In this document: positions 33,081 to 45,445 of the stretch, piece after piece
Layout of the letters: every line of letters starts with the position of its first letter
Numbering within the stretch: the stretch's first letter is position 1
Assembly: GCA_965240325.2 (NCBI GenBank)
Contig: OZ251233.1
Span: forward strand, 1,116,001 to 1,180,000
Direction of reading: 5' to 3'
DNA: 64,000 nucleotides
DNA from: Rebecca billardiae RCC1528
Lineage: Eukaryota > Protista > Haptophyta
Notes under the pieces: generated by a model
The model's input: only the letters and a program-made list of their open reading frames with translations
The model's database searches: none
Told to the model about the DNA's origin: nothing
Translations under genes and position numbers: made by a program

Positions 33081-36000
33081 CTACTGGCAGTGCTGCTGTG
33101 GCAGCAGCGGCAGGCCATGCTGATGGTGGTTGTGCGCGCCGGTGGCAGGCGGTTGTGCGGCGGGCGCCGGGGCTGAGGGCCCCTCCGTGTCGCCGTCCAC
33201 ATCGTCGGCGTCCTCCTCCATGCTCGCCAGCACGCTGTCGTCGGGGCCCGAGAGCAACGCGCCCTCCTGCTCGAGGAAGTATGTGACCGTGCGCGCCGAC
33301 CCGCCGAGCGTGTACACGCCTGTCAGGCTCATCGCGCGCTCGATGAGCTGCGGGCGCAGCGAGACGCAGATGCACTGCGGCGCGCCGCGCAGCGCGTGGA
33401 GCAGCTGGCCGACAGACGCGACGTTGCGCGAGTCGAGCGCAGAGTCGACCTCGTCAAGCAGGAGCAGCGGCGCGGGCGGCGAGGTGCTCTCGCCGAGGGC
33501 GACATGCGCGACGAGTGCGAGCAGCTGCTGCTGCCCACCTGAGAGGTTGGACCAGGGCCGCCACGGCTGGCCGCGCACGCGCGCCACGAGGCGGACACCC
33601 TCGGTCTCCAGCGCCTCGGTCGAGGCGCCGCCACCAGCGGGCTCGAACGCGGCGTCGGCGCCGGCACACAGCGCGCCGAAGCGCTTGGACAGCTGGCCGT
33701 TCACGGCCACGAGTGCGGCCTCGAACGCCGCGTGCCGGCGGAGCTGCAGCTCAGCCAGCTCTTCGGCGAGCTGCTCGGCGCGCGCGGCGTGCGAGACCGC
33801 GCGCGTGCGCGCCTCCTGCAGCTCGCGCACTGCCTGAGGCAAGCCGCGCAGCCGCTCGTTGGCGGCGAGGCTGGCGAGCTCGCGGTCGAGCGCGGCGGCA
33901 CGCGCTGCGGCAGCGCTCACTGCTGCGCGCAGCCGGTCCGCGCGCGCAGCGAGCGCATCGACAGTCACCTCGGCGGTGGACGGTGGCGCGCTGGCATGAT
34001 CGCTTCGCCGAGCGAGCGCGATGGCGTCATCGTCCGCCTCATCCTCGCCCGGGTCTTCGTCGCTGGCCTCGTCATCCGTGCCGCTGGCGAGGCTCGCGCG
34101 CTGGGGTCGGGGCCCGGGGGCTCGGTCGGCGGCGGTGAAGTCGCTGTCCTCGGACTCAGAGTCGTCGGACATGATGACTGCGCCACGCCTGCGGCGCGCG
34201 CTGCGCGCGTGCGCGACGCGGTCGCGCCGGCCGGCGCTCGTGAACGCTGCTGTCGCCTCCTCGGCCGCCGCCTCCTGCGGCTCCATCGTACGTGGCGCGG
34301 CTGGAGAACGGCAGCCGGCGTCGCGCTTGTGGTCACCGTCTGCATCGGTGGACGGCTCCGTCTTGTCGGCACGCTTTGCCGCCTGGGAGCGCTCAATCTC
34401 TGCCAGCTCGTGCAGCTGCTCGCGCACGGTGCGGACGCGGCGATCCGCGGCGGCGACGGCCGCGCGCGCGCGCTCTGAGGCGAGCTTGAGCTCGGCGAGC
34501 GCGCGATTGGCTGCGGCCGCCTCGGTCTCCCGCGAGCTCACGAGCGTTGCGCTGTCGCGCACCGCCTTGGCCTTGGCTCGAGAGCGCGCGCTCGTCGCGT
34601 CGCGCACGGCGACCGAAGCCGCGAGCGCATCGCGCAGCACGTCGACGGCCGCGTCTGAGCTGGCGGCCTTGTCGGCCACGTCGGCAGCCCCTTGGGGCTC
34701 GTCGTCCTCCTCGTGCGCTTCGGTGGCCGCGCTCGCCGAGAGCTGCGCGCGTGAGCGCGCGAGGACCTGCGTGTTGCGCTTCGCGTGCTGCTTCAACGAG
34801 CTGCTCGCCGCGAGCGCGCGCTTGCGCTTGTACCCGAGCGTGGCCAGCTTCGCCTCCGCATCACGCAGATCCTTTCGCGCCGCCTCGAGCGGCGCGCGCG
34901 CGGCGCTGCCGTTGGTGCTCGCGCCGTCGGCCGCGTGGTGCTCGCCGCGAGCCGAGCGCGCGCGCGGATCGGCTGTCGCGCCCTCGACGCCGTCCGCGGC
35001 CTCCTCCTCGCCGCGTGCGCACGCCTCCTCCAGCGTGCGGGCGAGAGCCGCTGCCGCCTGCTCGCGCTCGCTCGCCTCGGCCGCGCGCGCCTCGAGCGCG
35101 CGCAGCTCCGCTCGCGCGCGCTCGCGTGCCACCTCGGCATCGGCCGCATGCGCCTCGCGCGCGTCTACGCGCGCCACGAGTGCAGCGCGCGCCGCAGCGC
35201 GCTGCGAGTCGGTGTCTGCCGTGCGCCGCGCGGCGCCAAGCGCGTCGAGTGCCTCGCGCTGCGCGGCATCGTCGTCACCCTTGGCAGCGCGCGGCGTCGC
35301 GGCGCGGCCGTGCCGCGGACCGCGCGTGGTGAGCGTGCACCAGAGCGGGCGGCGAGCACCGCCCGCCGGGCTTGGCGCATCGGCGCTCGCCGTCGTCGTG
35401 CGCATCTCGCCGTGCGCGAGGTACACGCAGCCATCGAGCGACACGACGTTGCGCCGGAGGGCGCTGGCGCCCGTAGCCGGTGCATCGGCGCGGTCGCCGA
35501 CTGCGCGCGCCCCGCGCTCGACCGAGTACAGCTCGGCACTGCTCGCGTCGGGCGCGACGAGCCAGCCACCGGCGAGCTTGTCGACCACCGCGCGCATCGA
35601 CGGCTCACAGCCGAGCAGGTCGCTCAGCCGCTTGCACCCAGCCGGCGGCGCCGTCGGCGCGGACGCGCCGCTTGCATTCGCTGCCGCGCGCTCGAGCTCG
35701 CTGCGCAGCATGCAGGTCGTCACGCTCGCGCGCGCGTCGCGCAGGGCGCTCACGAGCGCCTCGGCGTCCGCGCGCGTCTCAACGACGACGGTGCGCGCGA
35801 GCTGGCTTCCGAGCGCTGCCTGCGCGGCAACGCCCGCAGACTCGTCCTCAAGCCAGATGAGCTCAGCCGCGAAGCCATGCACTTGCACGCCGCGCGCGGC
35901 GCCCGATCGCGCGAGCGCATGCACGACCGTGCAGCGCGCTGAGTCCGCGGCGGAGAGCGCGCCCGGCTCGGGCCGGTGCGCGGCCTCCTGGGCGAGCGCA

Positions 36001-37445
36001 GCGTCGTGCTCGGCCAGCTGCTCGCGTGAGCTGCGCGCCTGCTCACGCGCGCGCTCGAGCCGATCGTCGGCCTCCACGGCGGCAAGCTCAGCCGCAGCCA
36101 GCCTCGAGCGCAGGGCTCGCACCTCCGCGGCCGCGCCGGCTGCCGCCTCGCGCCGCGCGCACAGCGTGGCTTGGTCCGCAGTGCGCGCGCCGCTGGGCGG
36201 CTCGCGCATGCTCGGCGTCGGTGGCTCGACCGGTGTCGACAGCGGCGCGTCGGCGAGACCGTCATCCGCGTCGGCCGCGCGAACGCTGTGCGCGCGTCCG
36301 GCCTTGGGCTGCGGCTGCTGCGGCTGCTGCGGGTTCGGCTGTGGCTGCTCTGACAGAAAGGCGCGCACACGGGCGCTCGCATCGTCGCGTGCGGCGCGCA
36401 CGCGCCGGAGCTCGTCGTCGAGCGAGGCGATGTTCGCCGCGCGCTCGGCCTCGCGTTTCGTTTCGAGCGCGCGCGCCTCGGCCTCAGCCTCGCGGCGGCG
36501 TTCGGCCGTTCCGAGCGCCGAGCGCGCGCTCGCGACCGCCGCGTTGGCGGCTCGGCTCGCGCCTCGCGCCTCTGCGAGCGCGTTCTCGAGCTCGACGTGC
36601 GCGCCGCGCGCGGCGGCGTGCGCCTCTCGCGCACGCGCATGCGCGCGCTTGCCCTCCTCTGCCCGCGTCGCGGCGCGCTCGGCCTCGACGCGCGCCGATG
36701 CAACGTTCTTCTCGAGGCCGCACAGCAGCGCTGCATGTGCGCCGCGCGCGTCCGCGGCTGCCTTGGTGCACTCGTCGGCGAGGCGCTCGCGCTTGGCGAG
36801 GGCGCGCTGGGCCTGCTCGGCGAGCGGCGAGAGCTCGATCAGCGCCGCCTGCGCCGCCTTCGCCTCCTCGCGACCTTCGTCCGCCTCGGCTCGTGCGAGC
36901 GCAAGCTCGTCGGCACGCGCGTGCGCCGCGGCGCGCGGCCCTGGCGCGAGCGCGAGCTCGAGCGCGAAGAAGAGATCGGGCGGCGCGAGCTCAAACATGC
37001 GCGTCGAGCTCCCCTGCGAGAGGTAGAACGAGTCGGCGCGCGCCGCGTTCAAGCCGTGCGCGCTCAGCAGCTGGACGAGCTCGACGGATGAGACCGTCTG
37101 CCACGGCGCGGTCTCGTCGTGGCCGTAGCGCGTGGTGACAGAGCCGCGGCGGGAGCCGTGAGCGCTCGTGCGCCGGATGTCAAGGCGCGCGTCGCCATCG
37201 ATGCGAAAATGTACCGTCACGCACGCGCGCTCCGCGCCGCGTGCGACCACAGGCGCCGACGCGGCCGATGCATGCGCAGCGGCGCCGCTGATGACCCAGC
37301 TCAGCGCCTCGACGACCGTCGACTTGCCGAGGCCGTTCGCGCCAACGATCACGGCGAAGCTCGGCGAGAACGGACCGACCGTGTGCGCCACGCGGTAGCC
37401 CTTGAAGCCCTCGATCGTCACGCCCGAGACGCTCAGTGAACGCAT
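33081..37445 (-). CDS. Divergent SMC-family ATPase, most similar to SMC4
   Basis: IEGFKGY...GPF...IVGANGLGKST Walker A; Q-loop (YLSQG); coiled coils; hinge (VHGFAAELI...VVSLDG); NLSGGQ signature; LLLLDEVDSALD Walker B/D-loop; QCICVSLR switch. Confidence 0.85.
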   Translation of the reverse strand: MRSLSVSGVTIEGFKGYRVAHTVGPFSPSFAVIVGANGLGKSTVVEALSWVISGAAAHASAASAPVVARGAERACVTVHFRIDGDARLDIRRTSAHGSRRGSVTTRYGHDETAPWQTVSSVELVQLLSAHGLNAARADSFYLSQGSSTRMFELAPPDLFFALELALAPGPRAAAHARADELALARAEADEGREEAKAAQAALIELSPLAEQAQRALAKRERLADECTKAAADARGAHAALLCGLEKNVASARVEAERAATRAEEGKRAHARAREAHAAARGAHVELENALAEARGASRAANAAVASARSALGTAERRREAEAEARALETKREAERAANIASLDDELRRVRAARDDASARVRAFLSEQPQPNPQQPQQPQPKAGRAHSVRAADADDGLADAPLSTPVEPPTPSMREPPSGARTADQATLCARREAAAGAAAEVRALRSRLAAAELAAVEADDRLERAREQARSSREQLAEHDAALAQEAAHRPEPGALSAADSARCTVVHALARSGAARGVQVHGFAAELIWLEDESAGVAAQAALGSQLARTVVVETRADAEALVSALRDARASVTTCMLRSELERAAANASGASAPTAPPAGCKRLSDLLGCEPSMRAVVDKLAGGWLVAPDASSAELYSVERGARAVGDRADAPATGASALRRNVVSLDGCVYLAHGEMRTTTASADAPSPAGGARRPLWCTLTTRGPRHGRAATPRAAKGDDDAAQREALDALGAARRTADTDSQRAAARAALVARVDAREAHAADAEVARERARAELRALEARAAEASEREQAAAALARTLEEACARGEEEAADGVEGATADPRARSARGEHHAADGASTNGSAARAPLEAARKDLRDAEAKLATLGYKRKRALAASSSLKQHAKRNTQVLARSRAQLSASAATEAHEEDDEPQGAADVADKAASSDAAVDVLRDALAASVAVRDATSARSRAKAKAVRDSATLVSSRETEAAAANRALAELKLASERARAAVAAADRRVRTVREQLHELAEIERSQAAKRADKTEPSTDADGDHKRDAGCRSPAAPRTMEPQEAAAEEATAAFTSAGRRDRVAHARSARRRRGAVIMSDDSESEDSDFTAADRAPGPRPQRASLASGTDDEASDEDPGEDEADDDAIALARRSDHASAPPSTAEVTVDALAARADRLRAAVSAAAARAAALDRELASLAANERLRGLPQAVRELQEARTRAVSHAARAEQLAEELAELQLRRHAAFEAALVAVNGQLSKRFGALCAGADAAFEPAGGGASTEALETEGVRLVARVRGQPWRPWSNLSGGQQQLLALVAHVALGESTSPPAPLLLLDEVDSALDSRNVASVGQLLHALRGAPQCICVSLRPQLIERAMSLTGVYTLGGSARTVTYFLEQEGALLSGPDDSVLASMEEDADDVDGDTEGPSAPAPAAQPPATGAHNHHQHGLPLLPQQHCQ

Positions 37446-37689
37446 TGACGCGGCGGCGACTCCCTGCTCGGTGCGTGGAGCGGCAGCCGCCTCCCGCGCG
37501 CTGCAGCGTTTGAGCTTTGGCGGCAGCGCTTCCAACGACCTTCCAAGGCCTTGGACCAGTTGCGCTCCCGGACCCATGCACTCAATCCGGATACAGCGAG
37601 GCCGTTCCGGCAAAGGCCCAAAGGGAAGTGGCGCCGAAATCTCCCGCTTTGAGCTTTTTTGCGGCCCGGCCGCTCAGCTGCCGTGAGCC

Positions 37690-40600
37690 ATGCCGGCCTC
37701 CGCTTTCGGCCGCAAGCCCGGCCGCGTCGGCGGCATGCCTCTGGGGGCGGGCATCGAGCACTTCATCGCGCTGCTCATTCGGCTGATGCGGCAGCTTGCG
37801 CGTCGGCCGGTCGTCCTCGTCGTCGTCGGCCTGCCGGCCGCGTTCGTCGGCCTCATCTTTGCGCTTGAGACGCTCGCGCAGGACGAGACTGCGCTGCGCA
37901 CGACGGGCGCGGGCGCCGAGGTGGGGTCTTTCTCGCGCTGCCGCACGTTCGACCTGTTCGGGCAGGTGGACCCGGCGCCGGCCGTGCCGTGCGTCTCCGT
38001 CCTTTACACGCCCGACTCGGGCAAGGCCAGCGACATCATGCAGCGGTTCGCCGACGACGCCGGCCTCGAGCACGGCGTGGACGTGGTCGGCCACAAGACG
38101 GTGCGCGGGGCGGCGGAGTGGCTCTTCGAGTCGGGCGCGCAGGTGGACTTCCTCGTCACCCTCGACACCGAGCCCGAGCCCGACGACGCCGCCGAGCTCA
38201 CCATCACCGTGCACCACAACGCCTCGAGCGCGCGAGGGTACCGCGCGGCGCGGCTCGACGCCGTCTCCGAGCTGATCGACGACGACGGCCGCGCGCTCGC
38301 GCTCAAGCTGGGGCTCGACGCGGCGGCGGCGCACGTGCTGCTGGGCAAGGACGCGCCCTCGCTCCGCTGGACCGTCGGCGGCATGCCCGACGTCCGCCCG
38401 CGCACCGAGAGCAGCTCTCCGGTGCTCTCCCAGTTTGGCCTCATGTTCCTCACGGCCGCGTGGTTCCCTCTGCTCATCTCCGCCGCGGCGGCGATCGACG
38501 GCGAGCGCAAGGGGCACCACCTCGTGATGATGCGCATGATGGGCATGTGGGACTCCGCCTTCTGGCTCGTCTGGTTCCTCGTCTTCGTCGCGCTCGCGCT
38601 GCTCGGCGCGCTGCTGGCGACCGCTGTGGGCTACCTCACCCACCTGCCGTTCTTCACGCACGCCGACGCGGGCGTGCACGTGCTCGCGTTCTGGGCGTAC
38701 GGCGTGGGCCTCGCGAGCTTCGGGCTGCTCGTCGGCGCGTCGACCAACTCGCGCGCCGCGTCGATCGCCGTGTACATCGTCCTCTTCCTCGCGGCGCTCG
38801 CGACCGACATTGCGATCGAGGTGTCGTGTGGACTCACCGCGCGCCCGGGCGAGGAGGTGCGCGCAGCGCCGGCCCGCGTGCCGCGCGCCGCGCGGTGCTC
38901 GCGCCGGCCGGCCGCGGCGGCCCACGCGCGCGCGCGCACGCGCGGCCCCGCCCGCGCGCACGCGCGCAGGGCCGCTGCTACGCGCACCTGTACGACCCGT
39001 CGCGCAACCCGGCCGAGGCGGCGCTGGCGTCGCTGCTGCCGTCGTTCCACTACGGCAAGCTGCTCGAGGACATCGCCGCGGTCACGCTCTCCGCCAATGG
39101 CGGCGTCGACGCCGCCGGCGCGGACGACGGGTACTACGAGCTCGGCCAGCTCTCGCAGCCTGTCAACACAACCGACACCTCGAGGCCTCTCGGCCAGACG
39201 CAGCCGGTGTACTACGAGGCGCCCTCGTCGGCGTTCAGCGTCGGGATGCTGTGGCTCTTCGCGGGCGTGTACGCGCTGCTCGCGTGGTACGCGTCGCAGG
39301 TCGTCGCCGGCGAGACCGGCGCGACCCGGCCGCTCTGGTTCGTCTTCAGCCCGGCCCACTGGGGGCTCACGCAGGCGCCCGCAGCGGTGCAACCGGGCGA
39401 CACGCTGGCGGCGGTCAAGGAGCGCTCGGCGGCGGACGGCTCGATCGAGGTGCACAAGCTGTCCAAGACGTACAAGGAGACGACCGCGCTCAAGGAGTGC
39501 ACCGTCACCATCCGCACCTCGCAGGTCTTCGCGCTGCTCGGGCAGAACGGCGCGGGCAAGACGACTCTGATCAACTTGCTGATTGGTCGGATCGGCCCGA
39601 CACACGGCACAGCGTTCGTCGCCGGCGACGACATCCGCGACGCGATGGGCGCGATCCACCGGCGGCTGGGCGTGTGCGCGCAGGACGACGTGCTCCACGC
39701 CGACCTCACCGCCGCCGAGCACGTGCACCTCCACGCGCGGCTGCGCCGGCTGCCGCGCGCGGCGCGCGCCGCGCTCGTGCGCAATTCGCTCGAGCCTGTC
39801 GGGTTGCTTCCGGACGCGCACCACCTGGTGAGAACCTTCTCAGGCGGGATGAAGCGGCGGCTGAGCGTGGCGCTCGCGCTGCTGGGCGAGCCGGCGCTGG
39901 TCACGCTCGACGAGCCGACCACGGGGATGGACCCGCTCAAGCGGCGCGACGTGTGGCGCCTCGTGCAGGACTTCAAGCTCTCCCGGACTATTCTGCTCAC
40001 CACGCACTCGATGGAGGAGGCGGACGTATTGGGAGACACGGTCGGCGTGCTGATCGGCGGGCGGCTGCGCGCGCTGGGCACGCCGCTCTTCCTGAAGGAG
40101 CGGTACGGCAGCGGGTACCACGTCTCCCTCTCCGTCGACGCGAGCCGGATGGACGAGGTCGAGGCCATCGCGCGGCGCGTGGTGCCGACCGCGCGCGCGG
40201 CGCGCGACGCGTCAGGTACGCTCAGGGTGACAGTCAGCCGCTCGGCGCGCGGCGCGCTCGGCCGGCTGCTGCGCGAGCTGGAGGTGTCGCCGCTGGTGCA
40301 GCAGGTGGGCGTGTCGCACTCGACGCTCGAGGAGGTCTTCCTCGCGCTCGCCGCGACCGACCACGCGCTCAACGCCGGCCTCGACGCCAACGACGAGCGC
40401 GTCGACCCGGCGGCGAGCGGCGTTCTCACCGTGGCCTTCCTGGCGCCCGTGCGGCTCACGTGTTCCACGGACGGCGCGGGCGGGAAGCAGCACACGATCG
40501 AGCACGTGGTCAGCCTCGAGACGGCGCCGTACGGCGCGGACGACGCCGCCGCCGCACACGCCGCCGCGGACGAGTCGGCGCCGCTCCTCTCGCGCATGGC

Positions 40601-43600
40601 GTGCGCCTGCGGCTTCTCAGCCGCCGCGTCCACCGCCGCATCCTCCGCGTCGGTTCCATCTGGCGCCGCCGCCGCCGCGACGCAGCCGGCCGCGGCCGAG
40701 GCGGATGGTGGCGGCGCGAGGGGGGCGGCGTCGGCGGCGGACGTGGCGTGCGGCAGCGCGCGAGCCACCGCGCGGCCCGCCTCGCCGCGCGGCGCGCACC
40801 CGGCCGCGGAGCCCGGCCCGAGCACGGGCACAGCCAACGGCGCGGGCGGCGCCGGCGGCGCCGAGAGTGCCGGCGCGAGCGGCGGCGGCGCCGCCGCCGG
40901 CGTGAGCGGCGAGAACGACCTGCTCCGCTTCCTGGGCGAGCGCGCGGACGACGCGTACGCGCCGAGCACGCAGCAGCGCGTGCGCGCCGTCCTCTCGAAG
41001 AACGGCTCGCTGCAGCGGCGCGCGCGCCGCACGCTGTGCTGCAACTGCTGCTGCACCGCCGTCACGCTTGCCATTCTGGCGCTCATCCAGCTCTTCACAG
41101 GGCTGCTCGCCGGGGACCTGGAGAGCCGGCTGCTCTGCCCGCCGAACAGCGCGCGCGCGCCGAGCCTGCTGCGCCTCGAGGGCGCGCTCACGTGCGACGC
41201 GGACGGCTTCGCGAGCCTCCTCCTCCTCTCACTCGGCGGCGCGAGACCTCAGGTTGGCGCGCCCGGGGCGCGCTTCGGCGACGCGCGGAGCGCGCCCACG
41301 CTAGGCGCGCTGCTCGACACGTGGGACGACGAAATCGGGTACGACGGCTCCGACTTTGGCACGTACGACACGGCGGACCTATCGGGCGCGGCGGCGGTGC
41401 ACTGGGACAACAGCTCGCTCTGCCTCGGCCTGCCCGCGCGAGCGTGTCACGACGCGGCGCAGAGCACGCTCGCTCGCGTGCGCGCCAACGCGACGGCTGT
41501 CGCCAACGCCACCGGCCTGGACGACGAGCAGGCGGCCGACTTCGTGCGCTGGCAGCTGGAGGAGGCGCGGGCGAGCGGGCTGTGGGAGCTCGCGCTGCGC
41601 GGCTGGTTCCCCGCCGAGCTCGCCACGCAGGGCCCCGCGCTCGCGCTCCTCAACCCCACCGTCGCCCAGCTCTGCGATGAGCCTAGCCCGCGCCCGGAGC
41701 GCGTGCACGTCCGCCTTGCGGCCGAGACGGGAGGTCTGGCGCTGCTCCCGGCGATGGGCGGCGCGGCCGGCGGGCGGCGCGAGCTGCTCGACGGCGCGCT
41801 CGAGCTGGACGCCGACATCGACTCGGCGTCCGAGCTCACCGCGCGCGTGCGCGAGCGCGCCGAGGCGTGGCGCGACGACCGCGCGCCGTGCACCGTTGGC
41901 GAGTGTGCGGACGCGCTCACGCCTCCGCTCCACCGCGAGACCGAGCCCGAGCTGAGTGCGGAGCAGGCGGTCCGGATGTTCAAGGAGAAGTTCCCGGACG
42001 GCGGCGTGTTCGTCGCGGGCGCCGACGCGGAGGGCTTCGACCTCGAGCTGGAGACGCGCGTATGGGACACGGCGCACGGCCGGGAGCACGCGTTCGCGGT
42101 GCGTTGCGCGCGCCGCGCGCGCGCGCGCCGCGCCGCGCCGCTCGCCAACGCGCCGCGCGCTGATGCGCCGCGCGCGCGCGCGGCGCTCACCGGCCGCGTG
42201 CGCGCAGGCGATGGCGATCGACGACTACGCGCCCGCGTCCGAGGCGCGCTGCGCGAACGGCACGCTCAAGCACGCCGTGGCCGCGCTCGTCTTCACAGAC
42301 CCCGAGCAGGCAGAGCGGTGCGACGTGTCAGTCGACCGAGATGACCCGTCTTCGGTCCGCGGCTCGGAGGTGCCGAGCTGTCGGGACTGGGTGGGGAACG
42401 CGGCGCTGCCGGGGCTCAGGGTGACGAGCGACGCGCCGAGCGCGCCCGCGCTGCTGCGGCACCTCGTGCTCGAGTCAGCGGCGCTCAACGCGCTGTGGCG
42501 CGACGCGCGCGCTCGCGCGTGCGCGCCGGCGTGCCCCGCCAGCGCCGAGTGCGGCAGCGACGGGTGCGGCGGCACTTGCGGCAGCTGCGCGGACACGGAG
42601 GAGTGCTCGGCCGCGCGCGCGTGCGTCGCCAAGGGCGGCGACCCGGCCGAGGCCGAGGGCGACGGCGTGCCGTACCGCTGCGTGCCCGCGTGCGGCGAGG
42701 CGGAGGTGTGTCTCTCCGACGGCTCGTGCGCGTTCGCCGCCGCGCCGCGCGTGCGCTCCGCGTGGCTGCCGATGCCCGGACTTCTGTACTGGAATCCGAT
42801 CAGTCCGGTGCTGCTGACGAACGGCCACGTGCTCGTGCCGGGCGCGACGATGCTGCTGCTGCCCGGGATGGTGTCGCGCACGGCGACCGAGCGGGACGAG
42901 GGGCTGATCGACGCGGTCGCGCTGAACGGCACGCCGCGCCATGTGTACCTGGGAGCCACCTATCTGTACGACGCGCTCGCCGGCGCGATGTTTCTCGGAA
43001 CCTTCCTGCTGCTCGGCGCGGCGCTGAACATCCGGCTGTTCGTGCACGTGGGCGCGGGGCTGTGGCTGCTGACGGTGGCGGTGTGGGCGCACGCGCAGGC
43101 GTCGATGGCGCTCTTCGCCTCCGCGCTGCCCATCAAGGCGCGCTCGCTCGCCATTGGCACCGTCCTGATGATCCTTGCCACGATGATCACCTCACCCATC
43201 CTGCACAGGTTGCTTGAGGACTGGCCCGAGCCGATTCTGCTGCTCCCGCTGCTGGCGCACGCGCGCGTGCTCGGGCTGCTGATGGAGCGCGGCGGCGCGG
43301 CCGTGCAGCCCGACTCGCCCCTCGCCGCGGCGCTCGGCTTCCTCGCCTTCGTCCCGACTCTGCTGCTGGGCGTCGGGCTACTGCTGCACGGTGTCGGCCG
43401 GCGCGGGCTCGAGCGCGGCGCGCGCGCGCTCGCGCGCCGGGCGGGCGGGCGCACCGCGCGGCCGGAGGCGGCGGCGGCGGAGGCGGCGGCGGCGGCAGCG
43501 GCGCTCGAAGGCGGCGGCGTGGCGGCGCGCGCTGCGTCGGGCGTGGACGCCGAGCGCGAGGCCGCGCACGCGCCCGACGCGCCCAGCCGACACATGGTCG

Positions 43601-44700
43601 TCGCGCGCGCGCTCACCAAGCAATTTGACGCCGTGAGCTGGGCGCCGCCGGCGCGTGCCGGCGCGCCGCCGCTGCCGTCGGTGCGCTCGCGCGTCGCCGT
43701 GCGCGACCTGAGCTTCACCGCGCACACGCTCGAGTGCCTCGGCCTCCTCGGGCCCAACGGCGCGGGCAAGACGACCACGTTCCGAATGCTGACCGGCGCG
43801 ATCGCGCCGACGCACGGCGAGGCGTTTGTCGGCGGCGACGCCACCGGCGGCCGCGCCTCGCGCGTCGGCTTCGTGCCGCAGTTCGACGTGGTCTGGCCGG
43901 AGCTGACGGTGAGCGAGCACCTGCGCCTCTCGGCGCGGCTGGTCGGCGCGCGCCCCGCGCTGCTGCGCGGCCTCGTGCAGCAGGTCGCCGAGATGGTCAA
44001 CCTCGACGGCGACGCGTTCAACCAGCGCGCGTCGACACTCTCTGGCGGGATGCGCCGTCGGCTCTCGCTCGGCATCGCGCTGATCGGCAACCCGCGCGTG
44101 CTCTTCTGCGACGAGCCGACGACCGGGCTCGACCCCGAGTCGCGCCGCGCGGTGTGGACGATCGTCGAGCGCGCCAAGGCGGGGCGCTCGGTCGTGCTCA
44201 CCACGCACTCGATGGAGGAGGCGGACGCTCTGTGCTCGCGCATCGCGGTTGTTAGCGGCGGCACGCTCCGGACGATCGGCACGCCGCTCCACCTCAAGAA
44301 CACGCACGGCTCGGGGTACAAGCTGACGGTCTCGCTGCGCGCGGCGGGCGCGGACGGCGGCGCGAAGCTCGAGGCGCTGCTCTCGCGCGCGTGCGCCGCG
44401 CACCGGCTGGAGGAGGCGTACGAGGGCGTGAGCACGTACCGCGTGCAGCCGCGCGCGGGGCTGCACGAGCTCTTCGCCGCGCTCGACGCCGAGGCCGCGC
44501 GGCTCGGCGTCTCGCACTTCGCCCTCGCGCAGCCGTCCCTCGAGGACGCCTTCATCAACATCGTGCACGCGGCCGAGCAGGCCGACGCGCGCGCCGCCGT
44601 GCGGCCCGCCCACCCGCTCGGCGAGGGCGGGAGCGACGCGGACGCCGTGATTGCCGGCGTCGCGCACGCGCCACGCCGTGGGCCGGAGCAGCTGGCCTGA
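37690..44700 (+). CDS. Full-length ABCA-subfamily transporter; exons 37690-38856, 38970-42098, 42208-44700
   Basis: Two NBDs (GQNGAGKTT/FSGGMKRRLS/LDEPTTGMDP and GPNGAGKTT/LSGGMRRRLS/CDEPTTGLDP), TTHSMEEA twice, LEEVF/LEDAF motifs, two TMDs with large ectodomains, and two GT-AG introns. Confidence 0.93.
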
Positions 44701-44797
44701 CTCTGTCTGAGTAGCCCAGCTGTCAGAGTGCCAGCCGGTACGTACGCACGTGCTGTCTTCATCATGGTGCATCGCGCAGCATCATCAGTAATAATCG

Positions 44798-44798
<1 letters not shown>

Positions 44799-44867
<69 letters not shown>

Positions 44868-44877
44868 GTATATATAT
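44799..44877. repeat. (TA)n microsatellite
   Basis: About 80 bp of near-perfect TA repeat. Confidence 0.95.
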
Positions 44878-45445
44878 TCGTGCGAGGTGCGCGTGCCGTC
44901 GCTGGCGGAGATATATTTGCTTTGCTTGAGCTTGCTCGGCTGACAGGGGGCCGTCGCGTGAGGCAGCAGACGACTGCGCTCGTCGGACGCGCGACGCTGA
45001 TGCGCGGGCGATCGATGAGGCGCATATCCTCTGACTCCAACCTAGCATGGTATGACGATGACGACGACATGACGATGCATAGCGAGACGACGTGACGATC
45101 GATGATGACGATGATGACTGGTCTATTGACTGCTGGCTGAGACGCGCCGCCACGGCCATCACATTCACAGACGACAGAGCGATATCATCAATAATCATCA
45201 CTACGGGCCTGAAGAGTCAGTGCCGCGCTGCGAGTCCGAGAGCAGTCTGACTCATCATATCACGACGCGCGACTACGACTACCACCGCCCATCTGCCACG
45301 ACTCATCATGACGAGCGGTGAGCTACGAGGTGATGACGATGACAATGATGACGCGAGACTTCAAGCTGATGTGCTGTGCGCGCGCACTCTCTGCGCTGTC
45401 GGGCCACTCCCTCGGATGCGGGTGTGCATGCATGCACGTGACGAT

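Noticed and set aside
34021-37026. 1001-aa plus-strand ORF
   Set aside because: It is a Ser/Ala/Arg-rich antisense shadow of the SMC coiled coil.
42960-44855. 631-aa minus-strand ORF starting MYIYIYI
   Set aside because: It starts in the TA microsatellite and is antisense to ABCA.
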